Source of the DNA: Eledone cirrhosa
Taxonomy: Eukaryota
NCBI GenBank assembly: GCA_964016885.1
Contig: OZ024740.1
Span: 410,502,001-410,566,000, forward strand
Length of the DNA stretch: 64,000 nucleotides
Direction of reading: 5' to 3'
This document shows positions 1 to 13,703 of this stretch, piece after piece. The notes beneath the pieces are model-generated. The model made no database searches and was not told the origin of the DNA. It was given only the letters and a program-made list of their open reading frames with translations. Position 1 is the stretch's first letter; each line of letters starts with the position of its first letter. Made by a program: the position numbers and the translations under genes.

Positions 1-655
1 CTGTCGAGGCTGCATTGTGTGAGATCTGCCTATGGGTAACAAGATGGCTGCCAAAGACATATTTACCTTACTAATTAGAGGGTGGTTTCAGGGGAAGTAA
101 CTCCTCGAGAGATTAGAAATTGTGGGTAGTTTATAGTTAAGTGCTAATTTTTAAATTTTTTAATTGAGAGACAATGTACGGGAGGTAACTTATAATTATC
201 TATGTTAGTTATAGCTATTTAACTAATTAGCTACAAGTAAAAATGGGGCTAGATGACTATGTTGGGTCAAATATTCTATTGGCGAAGGAATTAGCCCTTC
301 GATGTTGTCAGCTAATAGTTACCTCTGTTCTATCGTTAATCGGTAGAGGTCGTGATATAGTTATGTAATATGCTTCGGTAATACAGAGATCACAAGATTT
401 TCTTTGTCCATTGAACGGTTGGGCCCTAGCCACGATATCCCATTTTAGTGAGTGTTCAATGTTGCTTAATTTAAGGTTTTTAATGAGCCTAGCTAGAGAT
501 GTCGAACATCTGTTGCTAGGGTCTCGGAAGGAAAAAGAGTGCGCGTTATAGCGTACCTTAAAAGGGTTAGAGGTAGACCCGATATAAGAGCTGGTATTGG
601 AAGCAGTTTTAACCGTGCACCTATAGACTATGTTGCGTGTCAGGCAGTGTCCATT
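1..655 (-). mobile_element. Penelope-like element 3' fragment: C-terminal GIY-YIG endonuclease and 3' region, 5'-truncated at (TA)n
   Basis: Translation after the (TA)n reads [66 protein letters not shown]. This shows the VY/YIG, R..H, CxxC and E motifs of a PLE endonuclease and resembles the Hydra-type C-terminus. The YIYI N-terminus of ORF 308..754 is microsatellite. Confidence 0.85.
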
Positions 656-873
<218 letters not shown>

Positions 874-1021
874 TCCTTAAAAGGACTCCAGCTGCATTTT
901 CGATTTCTTTTCCTTATATATAGTATATATAATGGAAAAATTTGAACAGGGACAAAACAGAGAGGCAGTACAACAAATGTTTATTAATTTCACGCCCTGG
1001 AGAGTGGGGTGTAGGTGGTGG

Positions 1022-1053
1022 ACGACGTTTCGGGCATTAGCCCTTCCTCAGGT
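1022..1053 (-). ncRNA. Minimal type-I hammerhead motif, intact core, weak stem I
   Basis: Minus strand AC-CUGAGGA-A-GGGC(UAAU)GCCC-GAA-ACGU-C-GU. Stem III is the palindrome ACGU, the cleavage triplet is GUC, and stem I has only 2 bp. Confidence 0.65.
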
Positions 1054-1482
1054 GGGAAGTGTGTGGGAACAGAGTTCAAAGGGTGTGTAGGGTAGTGGTG
1101 GAGAGACATATAGCGAAAGGAAACGGTGCGAATGAAAAAATAAAAAATAAAGATAAAAATAAAAATAAAAATATAGCATGATCAAAATACAAGGAATGAG
1201 ATAAATTTAAAAATAAGGCATGCTCAAAATAAACTGAAATTAAAAGGGGGTTAAACAGGTGGTGGAAGGGTGTGGGGTGTGTAGGGGATGTGGCGGGTGG
1301 AGTGGGGAGAGGGAGACGGGGTGTCCGAGCGGGGAGGGCTGAAGGTGGTGTGTGTGTGTAGGTGTGCGTGTGTGTGTGTGTGTGTGTATGTGACAGTAAG
1401 GGTGGGGGGGAGAACGGGGTTGCATGTTCAGGAAGAGGTGTGTGTGTGTGTGTGGGGGGGGGTCGGAGTGTATATATATATA

Positions 1483-1548
<66 letters not shown>

Positions 1549-1970
1549 AAAAAACTGGTATATTCACTGAACCAGAACAATTCTCCCATCCCATTTCTCT
1601 TGACTATTATTTTTTGTTTGTCATAAAATTCTCTAAAAGGCTACATAATAAATTCCCAAATATGGGCGCGAAATTTAATGAACTTGTTCACCTGACGGCC
1701 ATAATTCCATTTATAACCAATCAAATTACATTTATAAAAAAAAGCCTTCGTGAGCCCCTCTTTTTTAAGTAAAAAGAAATTCAAACACTCATATATGAAA
1801 AAAACAACCTGAGCCCCCCCCCCCCCCCCTTGTTTGAAGAACTTTGTAACGCGAACTGGCGCAAAATTTATTATATTTATTGACCAACCAATCAAATTAC
1901 TTCTCTAAAAACCTGGCGTTTCGAGCCACTTTTTTCCATATAAAACAAGTAACATTCAAAGACCAACCAC

Positions 1971-2320
1971 ATGTGAGAAAAACCACAGACCCTCCATCTC
2001 AACTCTACTTTTGAAAAGCAGAAGAACTGCGAAACCGGTAAAGGAACCAAATAAATATATATATTTAAAAAAAAATAAGACTCCAGTTGTATTTTCGATT
2101 TCATCTTTTTTTCTTTATATTTTCACTCGTGTAGGACACCTCGGATATTTTTAATTTTTTACAAAAACCTCACTTTCTAATATATATATAAGGAAAAGAA
2201 TTCGAAAATACAACTGCAGTCTTTTTAAGAATATTTATTTGTTTCCTTTACCGGTTTCACAGTTCTTATGCTTTTGAAAAGTAGAATTGAGATGGAGGGT
2301 TTGTGGTTTTTGTCGCATCA
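1971..2320. mobile_element. Inverted pair of PLE pseudo-LTR-like units (1971-2110 +, about 2190-2320 -); same family at 60332-60476 and a 3' stub at about 876-915
   Basis: atgtgagaaaaaccacagaccctccatctcaactc...cagttg(t/c)attttcgatttc recurs almost identically at 60332 and in reverse complement at 2200-2320. Copies abut (TA)n. Confidence 0.75.
2008..2043 (+). ncRNA. Minimal hammerhead, U3-A8 core variant
   Basis: CUU-UUGAAAA-GCAG(AAGAA)CUGC-GAA-ACCGGU-A-AAG, followed by AATAAA. Confidence 0.7.
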
Positions 2321-2454
2321 GGTTGGTGTTTGGATGTTACTTCTGTTTTATGTGGAAAAAAGTGGTTCGCATTGCTAGGTTTAAAAAAAAATAATTTAGT
2401 TGGTTGCTGACTGTCACGTGAATAAGTATAATACATTTCGCGCCAGTTCACGCT

Positions 2455-2488
<34 letters not shown>

Positions 2489-3383
2489 GTATTTACATAC
2501 ATGCGCACTCATCTATATATATATGTATATACGTGTGTGTATGTGAGTTTACGTATATCTTTATTTGTGTGTATATATATATATTGTGTATATAGTGTGT
2601 ATATAACAATATTAGTAAGAATAGTAAAAATGGCAGTTAAAGTAATAGTAGTAATAACAGAAGCAGTGGTAACGATAACAATGATGGTAGTGCAGGCAAA
2701 CGTAGCAACAAGAGGAGCATTTGCATCAATAACAACAGCAACAACACCAACAATAGCAGTAACAGTAGTTGAAACAACTGTTGTAAAATCAGAAACATTA
2801 ACAATAATAGGAGCCATACAACAACAGTGTTGGTAACAATACTAACAATAACCCTGGAGGTTATGAAAGCAAGAACTATGCTGTAGGTTACAATTGGCAC
2901 ATTTGCAACCGTGGCGGTGATACCAACGTGGCCGTAACAACAATACAAACTAAAATAGCAGCTGAAAATAAATACATAAAATATAATAGATATTATATAA
3001 AATATCCCCAACATACAATTGAAAAAGGAAACATCAAACATATATAGTAACAATACCAAGATGAACAATAATAGTCGCAGTGCCAAACAAGTGCTTCAAA
3101 CTTAGGAATAGTAGAATCATCAGCAAGTGCTGATACTTCAGGTAACACGTGCCTATCGTTGCAGAAACTGATTGTGTTCTATTGACAGGAAATTTGGAAA
3201 CAAAGTCAAACATATATGGAAGTAATACAGTGAATAACTATAAACAATGGGTTCAGATGAAACATATATGTGTGCTTCTGTTTGAATACACACACATATA
3301 TATACGTATATGTATGTATATGTTTATGTACGTGTGCCTATATACATATATACATATATACATATATACATGTGTGTGTGTGT

Positions 3384-3422
<39 letters not shown>

Positions 3423-5294
3423 TGTGTGTCAATCTGTTCGTTTGCAAATAGATTTACTGTCATATACATACATGTACGATTGTTGTCGGCCAACTCGTTG
3501 TCAATATGACCACCTTTTTCCACCCGTCCTCCTAGCCTTCAGACTTGCAATGCTTATTTATCATGGGCCTCTAAAATGACAAAATTATACTCTAATAAGG
3601 AAAGACATCGATGGCATTTTGAATTTCGACGTATCAGCTACAAAAAAAACAACAAAAAAAACAACAACAACAAAAAACAACAACATAGGTTGCAATATTT
3701 GCTCATTGTAGAGATACTAAAATACCGGTTTTGCAAGAGTATCTTAGACAAGCTTGAAATAATAGTATGACAACTAACCGAACAAAAACTTAAGGTTTAG
3801 TTTTATTATAGGACCACTGACGATTGCTTATATATTATTTCTGATATGAAACCATGACTTCATATGTGTATAGAAATCAAAACTTCATATGTGTATAAAA
3901 CTAGAATTAAATTCATATTCTTTTCTGAATGCTAATCTTCTTAGAGTGCAAGTGAATATTAAAAAAAAACCATCTCTAATAATGAGATTAGTGAGTCAAA
4001 AATTAAAATATTATTGACAATATCTTGAATATTTAAACTTTGAAAAACAAATGAGATGTATAACTTTTTGGTTTTCTTTTGTATTTCAAAGGTATCATTG
4101 TCAAACAGAATTGGCTGCAATGTTTTAAATCAAAACCGTGTCTCGTACTGTACTGACCAGCTTGGTATATGTTTAATTTGTCTCTCGTAATATTCAAGTA
4201 CAAAGCCAGTACCAATTTGCAATTAATACTATTTGCAAGCTATTGTTGTTGTTGTCATTGCTATAGTCGATTTGCTTCAGACCAACCCTAGTCAAATAGA
4301 CACGAGTAAATGATTTCTTGTTATGATCATATAATCTAATTTTACCCGTAGTTTAGCCATAATGTGTCCAGTCTATCTTATTTTACAACCGTACGATGTG
4401 GCTTGAGAGAGAGATTTGGTTGCTGTTTCTAACTGGCTGAGTAAATATGAAGATGTTTTCGAGTTAGTTCAAAGTATTTCAGTGTAACAATATATTCATA
4501 GTACATAAAATAAAAAAAAGCAAAAAAAAAAAAAGCAAACAAACAACTAAAAGCGATGTACTTGGTTAAATTGTCATATTCTACCAAACTAAAGCTTATG
4601 GCGAATATCTTTTACTGAAAGAAATACTTAAAAGGTCAACATTAAACTCCAAGTAAGACTCAAAAGACAGAAATATTTGGCAATGATATTTTAACACTAT
4701 ATCGGTAATGTTTGAATAACGAAACAGCTTTCGTAATACCATAGCCACGTGTTAAAGAATCTTTATTCAAACAGGAATCTATTTTCAAAACAGAAGTTAA
4801 TGAGTGATGGCTTTTACCAAGATAAATTGAGTATCATGATGGGCTCCAATTACTCCACTAGGAGATATGGACCCATGTCATATCATATGAATGAAAATAC
4901 TTTCCCTAAACTAGAAAGTTGTGTGCGTGAGCCAATTACAAACGAACTGAAACAAAACTTCATATACGACGCTGTTGCAGTGTAAAGCTGGTGTTTTAGG
5001 AAGTTTAGTTCCAGAAAAAATAATTTTGTGAGAATATTTATGTATCATGGAAGGAAATGTCTGACGAGATAAAGAGTATGGTGACCGATATCCAAGTATC
5101 CTAGAAGAAACCTTGTTTTATGCAAAATGTTGTAGATTAGACAACTCATAAAATGAATAAGATCCACTTGGCTACATTTTGTGTGTGGCATAATTGCAAA
5201 CATTGCGATCGAAAATGTTTACTTTGTTTAAAATTAAAGCGTGTAACTATCAGATTCCAGCACATTCTTTTAGATTAAACCAGCAATAAGCGAT

Positions 5295-5690
5295 TTCGAT
5301 TTACCCAATAGAAAGTTTATTAGTGTTGTTACAAAGGATGTGCCGTATATGAGAGGATCGCAAAGGAATTAATTACGAAAGAATTGGAGAAATATAAACT
5401 GGATTTTCATGCTTCAATAGGGAGTCATTCACAAACATTTTTCAAATGAACAATGTAATAAATGTGGTGAGCCAGAGTATTAACAGAATTAAAATGCAGG
5501 ATAGAATTACAAAGAATATAAAGAAATTTTGGAGAATCTTGCCATGTTTGTTGATTTATTATATCATTGTGAAGTAAAACCCACAAAAGGTTATGTCCAA
5601 AAAGGATTTGGAATTTACAGTATATATTACTAGCTAAATAAATGATTTAAATTTGAAATTAAAAGGGCCAAGTAAGCCTATTACAATTCT
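5295..5690 (+). pseudogene. Fossil hAT (Charlie/SPIN/GTF2IRD2-like) transposase fragment
   Basis: Frame-broken remnants FDLP..ISVVT..VPYMRGSQ, DLLYHCEV..KGYV and DLNLKLKG resemble the family motifs SVxTDGAPxM, LLYHxEVRWLS and LNxxLQG. Confidence 0.65.
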
Positions 5691-6034
5691 TCCAATTCCT
5701 GTCAGTAACATGAACTTTGAAATAATTCTTTTACTGTTTGTAACTCAACTGAACGATTTCTATAGTACGATTTTCAACACCGACATAAAAACAACGTGAT
5801 TCGAGAGTGCTTCAATATTTTTATCTATTTCACAAGAGATGTCGTGATTTACAAAATGACGAGGTCGAACCACAAATATGCAAACAATTGTTTTGATGTG
5901 ATACTAGTTAACGGTGCTGAATCGTTTTCAATTCACTTTAAAAAATGCAATAGTTTAAATATTTTGAAATTCTATAAATCCTGTGTAGATAATTAAAAAC
6001 ATCCATGCTTTGAAATTTGTATCATTTTTCACAT

Positions 6035-6230
6035 TCAATATCCTTGGCTCACATGAACAGTTTCTATCCAATTTAGTTCAAAACCTTGCACATTAAACGT
6101 TGGGTAGTTGTTTGTAAATAAATTAATAATTGCTGTTTCACCAGTCCAGTCTAACATATCGGAGCTTTCTAAAGAAAAGTAGAGCCAAAATACCCCTGAC
6201 GCCTTTGAAATCATGTTTCCCAATTAATGC
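6035..6230 (-). pseudogene. Possible second hAT transposase fossil fragment, inverted
   Basis: YFSLESSDM..ETA resembles YFSLALDESTD..TAQL. Confidence 0.35.
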
Positions 6231-6936
6231 AGAAGCAAGAAGAAAGGAAATAGTCTATTGGACTTTAAGATAATTTAGAGGTATATAATAATATTTCTGA
6301 TACTTATTCTGCATCATATTACAAGATTGATTGCCTAACTCCTTTTGAAACTACCATGTTCAACATCAAAAGAAATGAAGCTTCAGGAGGTTATATGGTA
6401 AGGTAAAAACTTCGTGTGATTCGTTAGTTTTCTACATTAAGATCAAACATTTTCCAGAGCTAATTTATCCTTAGATGTATTTTCCTACGTATGGATAGAA
6501 TAGATCCACAAGAGAAATAATCCAGCGTCACAGTATAATTTACTTCAGTGAATGTTCCATCATGGGATTAGTTTCTTCGAATAATATCCTCTCAGGATAT
6601 CATAAAATAAGATATTGTAGCATTGGTATTCAATCTTTTGATGCTGAGAACATTGAAAGCGATTGTTTCCAGTGCAAATGATCAACAGCCATGTTTATAG
6701 ATAATTTAAATCGCAAATCTAACATGCGGTAGAACTCGTAAGAATATAGCATGACTACGTTTGCATGAGATTTGCCGTTAATTGAAATATAGATAACGTT
6801 GATATGTAGAAACGTTAGTGATGAAATCGCTTGATGGAACTTCGATATAGAAGTTGAACAGGCCTTTTTCATGTATATTTAAGTATATATGATATCTAAA
6901 AATGTTAATTATGTTAAGAAAATAATGCACATATCT

Positions 6937-6970
<34 letters not shown>

Positions 6971-7075
6971 GCCTCTGTGTATGGTATACATTTTGCTAAA
7001 TACAAATAGAATATATTTCGGTGCAAAACGTTTGCTGGAGTGTTCAATTGGTACAAACTGATGGCTATATAATAT

Positions 7076-7185
7076 AATTGTTTCTACTTTTGGTACAGGA
7101 CCAGCAATTATCCAAGTGCATTACTGGTACTTGATTTTATAGACCCTTAAGGATGAAAGGCAAAGTTAACCTCGGCAGGATTTGA
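7076..7185 (-). mobile_element. Same SINE, 5'-truncated
   Basis: Matches the core and tail of 18649-18829. Confidence 0.85.
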
Positions 7186-7504
7186 GGGGTATATAATAAT
7201 GCAATATAAACGAAGAAGATAAGAAATTAAATCAATACATTTATATTAACACACTGGCTATTTTCGTAGCCGATAAAACCCCGCCACTGGCATACATTTT
7301 TTTCTCACTCATGAAGATATATATAAGTATGTAACTAAATTGGGTGTAATTGTGTGGTATATTTATATATAGTAGAAAGTAAAGGGAAATTGCTTGGTGC
7401 AGTAATATAAATTTGAATAAATAACATACCCCCCCCTGTCCCCAGTGAAATCACCCCCCCCATTTTAAATCCTTCATATTGTAATTCGCCGAAAGGCATA
7501 ACAT

Positions 7505-9243
7505 CTGTCTTTGTCGTTACCTGTTTTGTTACGTCTCAATGTGTATTCTCTTGTCTTTGTCGTTACCTGTTTTGTTACATCTCAATGTGTATTGTCTTGT
7601 CTTTGTCGTTACCTGTTTTGTTACGTCTCAATGTGTATTCTCTTGTCTTTGTCGTTACCTGTTTTGTTACATCTCAATGTGTATTGTCTTGTCTTTGTCG
7701 TTACCTGTTTTGTTACGTCTCAATGTGTATTGTCTTGTCGTTGTCGTTACCTGTTTTGTTACGTCTCAATGTGTATTGTCTTGTCTTTGTCGTTACCTGT
7801 TTTGTTACATCTCAATGTGTATTGTCTTGTCTTTGTCGTTACCTGTTTTGTTACGTCTCAATGTGTATTGTCTTGTCTTTGTCGTTACCTGTTTTGTTAC
7901 ATCTCAATGTGTATTGTCTTGTCTTTGTCGTTACCTGTTTTGTTACGTCTCAATGTGTATTCTCTTGTCTTTGTCGTTACCTGTTTTGTTACGTCTCAAT
8001 GTGTATTGTCTTGTCTTTGTCGTTACCTGATTTGTTACATCTCAATGTGTATTCTCTTGTCTTTGTCGTTACCTGTTTTGTTACGTCTCAATGTGTATTG
8101 TCTTGTCTTTGTCGTTACCTGTTTTGTTACGTCTCAATGTGTATTGTCTTGTCTTTGTCGTTACCTGTTTTGTTACATCTCAATGTGTATTCTCTTGTCT
8201 TTGTCGTTACCTGTTTTGTTACGTCTCAATGTGTATTGTCTTGTCTTTGTCGTTACCTGATTTGTTACATCTCAATGTGTATTCTCTTGTCTTTGTCGTT
8301 ACCTGTTTTGTTACGTCTCAATGTGTATTCTCTTGTCTTTGTCGTTACCTGATTTGTTACGTCTCAATGTGTATTGTCTTGTCTTTGTCGTTACCTGTTT
8401 TGATACATCTCAATGTGTAATCTCTTGTCTTTGTCGTTACCTGTTTTGTTACGTCTCAATGTGTATTGTCTTGTCTTTGTCGTTACCTGTTTTGTTACGT
8501 CTCAATGTGTATTGTCTTGTCTTTGTCGTTACCTGTTTTGTTACATCTCAATGTGTATCGTCTTGTCTTTGTCGTTACCTGTTTTGTTACGTCTCAATGT
8601 GTATTATCTTGTCTTTGTCGTTACCTGTTTTGTTACGTCTCAATGTGTATTGTCTTGTCTTTGTCGTTACCTGTTTTGTTACGTCTCAATGTGTATTGTC
8701 TTGTCTTTGTCGTTACCTGTTTTGTTACATCTCAATGTGTATTGTCTTGTCTTTGTCGTTACCTGTTTTGTTACGTCTCAATGTGTATTGTCTTGTCTTT
8801 GTCGTTACCTGTTTTGTTACGTCTCAATGTGTATTGTCTTGTCTTTGTCGTTACCTGTTTTGTTACGTCTCAATGTGTATTGTCTTGTCTTTGTCGTTAC
8901 CTGTTTTGTTACATCTCAATGTGTATTGTCTTGTCTTTGTCGTTACCTGTTTTGTTACATCTCAATGTGTATTGTCTTGTCTTTGTCGTTACCTGTTTTG
9001 TTACGTCTCAATGTGTATTGTCTTGTCTTTGTCGTTACCTGTTTTGTTACGTCTCAATGTGTATTGTCTTGTCTTTGTCGTTACCTGTTTTGTTACATCT
9101 CAATGTGTATTGTCTTGTCTTTGTCGTTACCTGTTTTGTTACGTCTCAATGTGTATTGTCTTGTCTTTGTCGTTACCTGTTTTGTTACGTCTCAATGTGT
9201 ATTGTCTTGTCTTTGTCGTTACCTGTTTTGTTACATCTCAATG
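7505..9243. repeat. 46-bp tandem minisatellite, about 38 copies
   Basis: Unit tgtctttgtcgttacctgttttgttac(g/a)tctcaatgtgtatt(g/c)tct, highly homogeneous. Confidence 0.98.
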
Positions 9244-9308
9244 AACTGGAATGAACTGGAATGAACTGGAATGAACTGGAATGAACTGGAATGAACTGGA
9301 ATGAACTG
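9241..9308. repeat. 10-bp tandem repeat (ATGAACTGGA), about 7 copies
   Basis: Direct reading; fused to the end of the 46-bp array. Confidence 0.95.
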
Positions 9309-9422
9309 TATCGACTTACCACAACCATGAATTCCAGAGGTTGGCGAAGGAGATACTGTCCGTCTTTTTCCAAGGTTCTTTTCCTGTGTGACCTCATATT
9401 TTGAATTCATATTCTAAAGACT

Positions 9423-9584
<162 letters not shown>

Positions 9585-10403
9585 TATATGCGTGAAAATT
9601 CCTATCCAAGAGGACAAAAACAATTTTATTCCAAAACACCTTCAAGGAATTAAATAATTATTTTGAGATGAACGTGACGTAGACGAGGCGAAAGACTTAA
9701 CACTTGGCAATATGAAAATACTGATAATTAGAAACAAAATAAATGCAAATTTGTATAAATATACCTGTTTGGAAAAATGCATGTATCTTATTTGAATGTA
9801 TAACTTTGCATTTGAAAACAGCAAGTTATTATTAGACTGTGTTTCAGATGACATAATCTATAAGGTCAACAATGATTGTACTTCTTCACAAGAGAATACA
9901 ATATCAAAATACACTACCTACCAAACTAGCTTCAATTCTAATATTATGCTGCTGTAATTATAAGTAGAAGCTGAAAAATTGAGATCGATATTGTGTACAG
10001 ATAAGCAAGTTTGTTCAGTTGTACAAAATATAAGAATACATGGGAAAACATTGATGTGTAACAAATGCTAGGTCTATTTGTTTGAGAATGCAAAGGGACT
10101 GAAACAAAACAACCTGCTGAGATATGATATAAGTTTCAGCAAGTTAAGAGAGATATACATGGATCTAAGGTTAAGCTAAATCAAATCATGTCATTAAAAT
10201 GCTAACAATTTTTCGAGACTGTAGAATCCCTGCAGACATAAATTAATGTCACGCACATGCTTAATATGTACATGCATGAAACTACTTTGATTTAGTTTCG
10301 CAACCATTGAGTTTTGGGTTCGGTCCATTTGCGTATACCGTATACTCTTCTAGTGTACACCCGGACTGACCAACAAATACCATGTGAGTGGATTGGATAT
10401 ACC

Positions 10404-10500
<97 letters not shown>

Positions 10501-11011
10501 GAGAGAAAAATAGAGGGAGTGAGTGAGAGAGAGAGAAAGAGAGAGAGAAAGATAGAGGGAGTGAGTGAGAGAGTGAGAAAGAGAGAGAGAGAAAGATAGA
10601 GGGAGTGAGTGAGAGAGTGAGAGGGAGGGGGGATGTATATATTTTATGGTATGTGTTTGTATCCATCCTTGTGTTTACATTTACATCGTTTAACAACACG
10701 TATTGTTTGTTTATACCCTGTAAAATAGCTGTTCTATAATTGGGATCGATGAAATAATTACCATACTTTAAAATATAAATAAATATTCTTGTCAATATAA
10801 TCGATTAAACCCTTGAGTGCGGTTGTCCAACATGATTGCAGTTCAATAACTGAAACCAGTATAGAGAGAAAAAGGAACACCGAGAGCAAAGGGGTTATTT
10901 TAAAATATTATTCCCAAGTTGTTAATTGTTCTTTAGAAATGATTAACATCATAAACTATTAGATTGCAGGGACATTAATATGGATTTTAGTTTCATGTAT
11001 AGTATTTAGAT

Positions 11012-11365
11012 CAGTGGTTCTCAGAGACCTAGGTCCTATTTCTTACTTTACAATTGTAGGCTTCGCAATTCCTCCCCCAGTTTAAATTCTCCTTGCGTAA
11101 TATCACACCTAAGCACAATATTAACTTAAGCAAGTTTTTTAAAGATTAATAATTGTATAGTTCCGAACGGGATTGAGTCTGAAGCAGCCGTTTTTTGTGA
11201 ACTCTTAATAGTGGGTTGTATTGGTGTTTCATTTGATATTATACAGAATGTACAGTATTCTTTCCCAGTTTTGTCCTCCTCCCTTGACTAGTATTCCTCT
11301 CCAATTCTTCCCTAGTCTACGAATCCTCCCAAAGAAGCCAATTACTTCCAGCTTGAGAATCACTT
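11012..11365. mobile_element. Old hAT MITE (MER5/Charlie-like ends)
   Basis: Ends CAGTGGTTCTCA...TGAGAATCACTT; flanks ATTTAGAT and ATCCGGAT match at 5 of 8 positions. Confidence 0.5.
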
Positions 11366-11700
11366 ATCCGGATCAAATCGGTTTGGTATAAATCTCAGTA
11401 CTTTATATACTTGTATGTGCATACACGTATATATATATTAACAAACATACACACACACACATATATATATACACATGCTTACGCACGTGCACAAGTATAG
11501 CTCTTTTTACAAAACGTTTTTTTTTTCATTTCAGGTATACGTGCTCCATCATCCACTTTTCTAAAAAATAAATCATACACAAAACGCCAGCACCAATAGT
11601 TTTGCAAGAGATGTCAACTGAATGGACTTGTTATTATCTAAAGACATTTTTTCCAATTCCAACCCGCCCGTCCCATTAATCTATCTTATTTCTCATTCTT

Positions 11701-11736
11701 TCTTCTGATGAAGGACTAGCGTCCGAAACGTTAAGA
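11701..11736 (+). ncRNA. Minimal type-I hammerhead ribozyme, canonical core
   Basis: UCUU-CUGAUGA-A-GGAC(UAGC)GUCC-GAA-ACGU-U-AAGA: 4-bp stem I, 4-bp stem II, palindromic stem III. The downstream tail (about 11745-11823) recurs inverted at 15370-15452. Confidence 0.85.
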
Positions 11737-12266
11737 CCCTCCCCCTGCTATATCAAGCGTTAACTTAATATATTCCTTCCATATACTGTATCGATTGTGT
11801 TGTTATTTCTGTTTACCTTTTACCCCCCCCCCCCATATATATATATATATCTACCACCTCGTGAAAACACACAAACAGGGACCCGACCTGAAGATCAGGC
11901 CCATCGTATCGAGTGTGGAGGGACCACTCACTCTACAAAATTTCATGGCTCCTAGACAGAATACTCAAACCCATCTTAGACACCTTGCCGGGACACGTTA
12001 ACAGCTCCCAGGAGGTGTTGAAGCGCCTGCATCAAATGGATCCCGAAACCATAAGGAATAACAGATATGCCTTCAGCCTTGATGTAGTCGCTCTCTACAC
12101 CTCGGTCCCGGCACTCCCGGCCGTCAATAAACTGATAGAACGCGTCCAATCCACCGACTAACACTGCTTCGGGCTCACCACCACTGACATCCACCAACTC
12201 CTATCCATCGTCGTCGACAACACCTACTTCGGATTCCTTGACCAAACATACCAACAAACCTCGGGA

Positions 12267-13289
12267 TTGCCCATGAGATCAAGCCTATCAGGTGTGCTAG
12301 CGATCTCTTACATGGACAACCTCGAACGCAAGGCACTCAACGCCTGCCACCCCAACGCCGTAGCCTTTTTCTCAAGGTACGTGGACAATATCCTCATCCT
12401 CACATATTCCCAAGACACGGCGAACAGAATCTATGAGACGTTCAATAACACGGACGAGAACATTGACTTCAGTGTTGAACACCCCAGCGAAGACGGGTCA
12501 CTTGCCCTCCTCGACTTCCGAATCAACATCACGGAACAGGGAAGGATCCACTGCAACTTCTACCGAAAGGTAGCCTGCAAAGACCTGTTCGTTCACTACA
12601 AGTCCGCCCTCCCTAACAGTGCCAAAAGAGGATACATCACGAACAAGATCGCGCGAATCAAAAACAGATGCAGCGATCCCGCGAGTGGTGTCACTCATAC
12701 CAAGCGATTCCTCGAGGTGCTGGAGACGAATGGGTACCCTACCTCGATCACAGACAGAATAGGAGACACCAGACACAAGAGACAGAGAGGCACCCAAGGC
12801 AAATGCTTCTTTAAAATTCCACATCTGGGCGAGAATACCACCAACACTATCCGCAAGGCTATACAGAGGGAGGGCCTCGACATCCACCTGGCCCACTCGG
12901 GCCCCTCCCTGCGAAGATGCCTCTCCAAGAAACCCGGGAAATCTACTGACGCATGCTCCATCAGAGACTGCCCGATACGCCATGCGAACTGTTGCCTACG
13001 CACATACGTCGTGTATAAGATAGAATGTGACAGGTGCAACCAATACTACATAGGTAGCACAATCCGACCTTTGCACATCCGGATCAAGGAACACACTAAA
13101 ACCAGGGCCTCGTCTTTCCGGAAACACATAGACAAATGCGGAAACAAAGACGGAAGGCCCATTATCACAATTCTAGCGACTGAAAGAAACGTCGGCACGT
13201 TTCGTATCAAGGAAGCACTTTTTATCAAACGCCTGCAACCGCAAATAAACAACCGATTAGAGAGAAGCGAAATGAGATGGCTGGTTTAA
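12267..13289 (+). pseudogene. PLE RT C-terminal half plus GIY-YIG endonuclease (open segment of a disrupted ORF)
   Basis: 340-aa ORF in the track; catalytic YVDD is altered to YVDN. Confidence 0.9.
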
Positions 13290-13667
13290 GTTAACAAACG
13301 ATGTAGCAACACACATACACGCACACACAAACGAGACAACTACACACACACACACACAGTAGCATTCCACCATACGAACATACTACACTGCCAATACAGA
13401 GGAACAAGGTAACTACACACACACACACACACACTCAAGCGAGACAACAACACACGCACACACACACAGTAACATTTAACAAACAGGCAGAGAATGGACT
13501 GACAGCTAGCGCCACCCCACTCCCTCATTCGGCCGCTGACCTCTGCCCGACCGACCCCATTTCACGCGCACGCGCGCTCTGCCGAATACCTCAGATATTC
13601 AAAACAACAAACAGCGGAGGACGCATTTCGCACCTGTCCGACAGACAACCTTTACCCCGGAAAAAAA

Positions 13668-13703
13668 CCCCAGTTGATGGATGTGAATCCGAAATATATA
13701 GGG
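13668..13703 (+). ncRNA. Degenerate hammerhead in the PLE 3' pseudo-LTR
   Basis: CCC-CAGUUGA-U-GGAU(GUGA)AUCC-GAA-AUAUAU-A-GGG. All stems are intact and the core differs from CUGAUGA at 2 positions. Confidence 0.65.

Noticed and set aside
7505-9243. CRISPR-like array or Cys/Val-rich protein ORFs
   Set aside because: Contiguous 46-bp units with no unique spacers; the ORFs are open in all three frames only because the unit lacks stop codons
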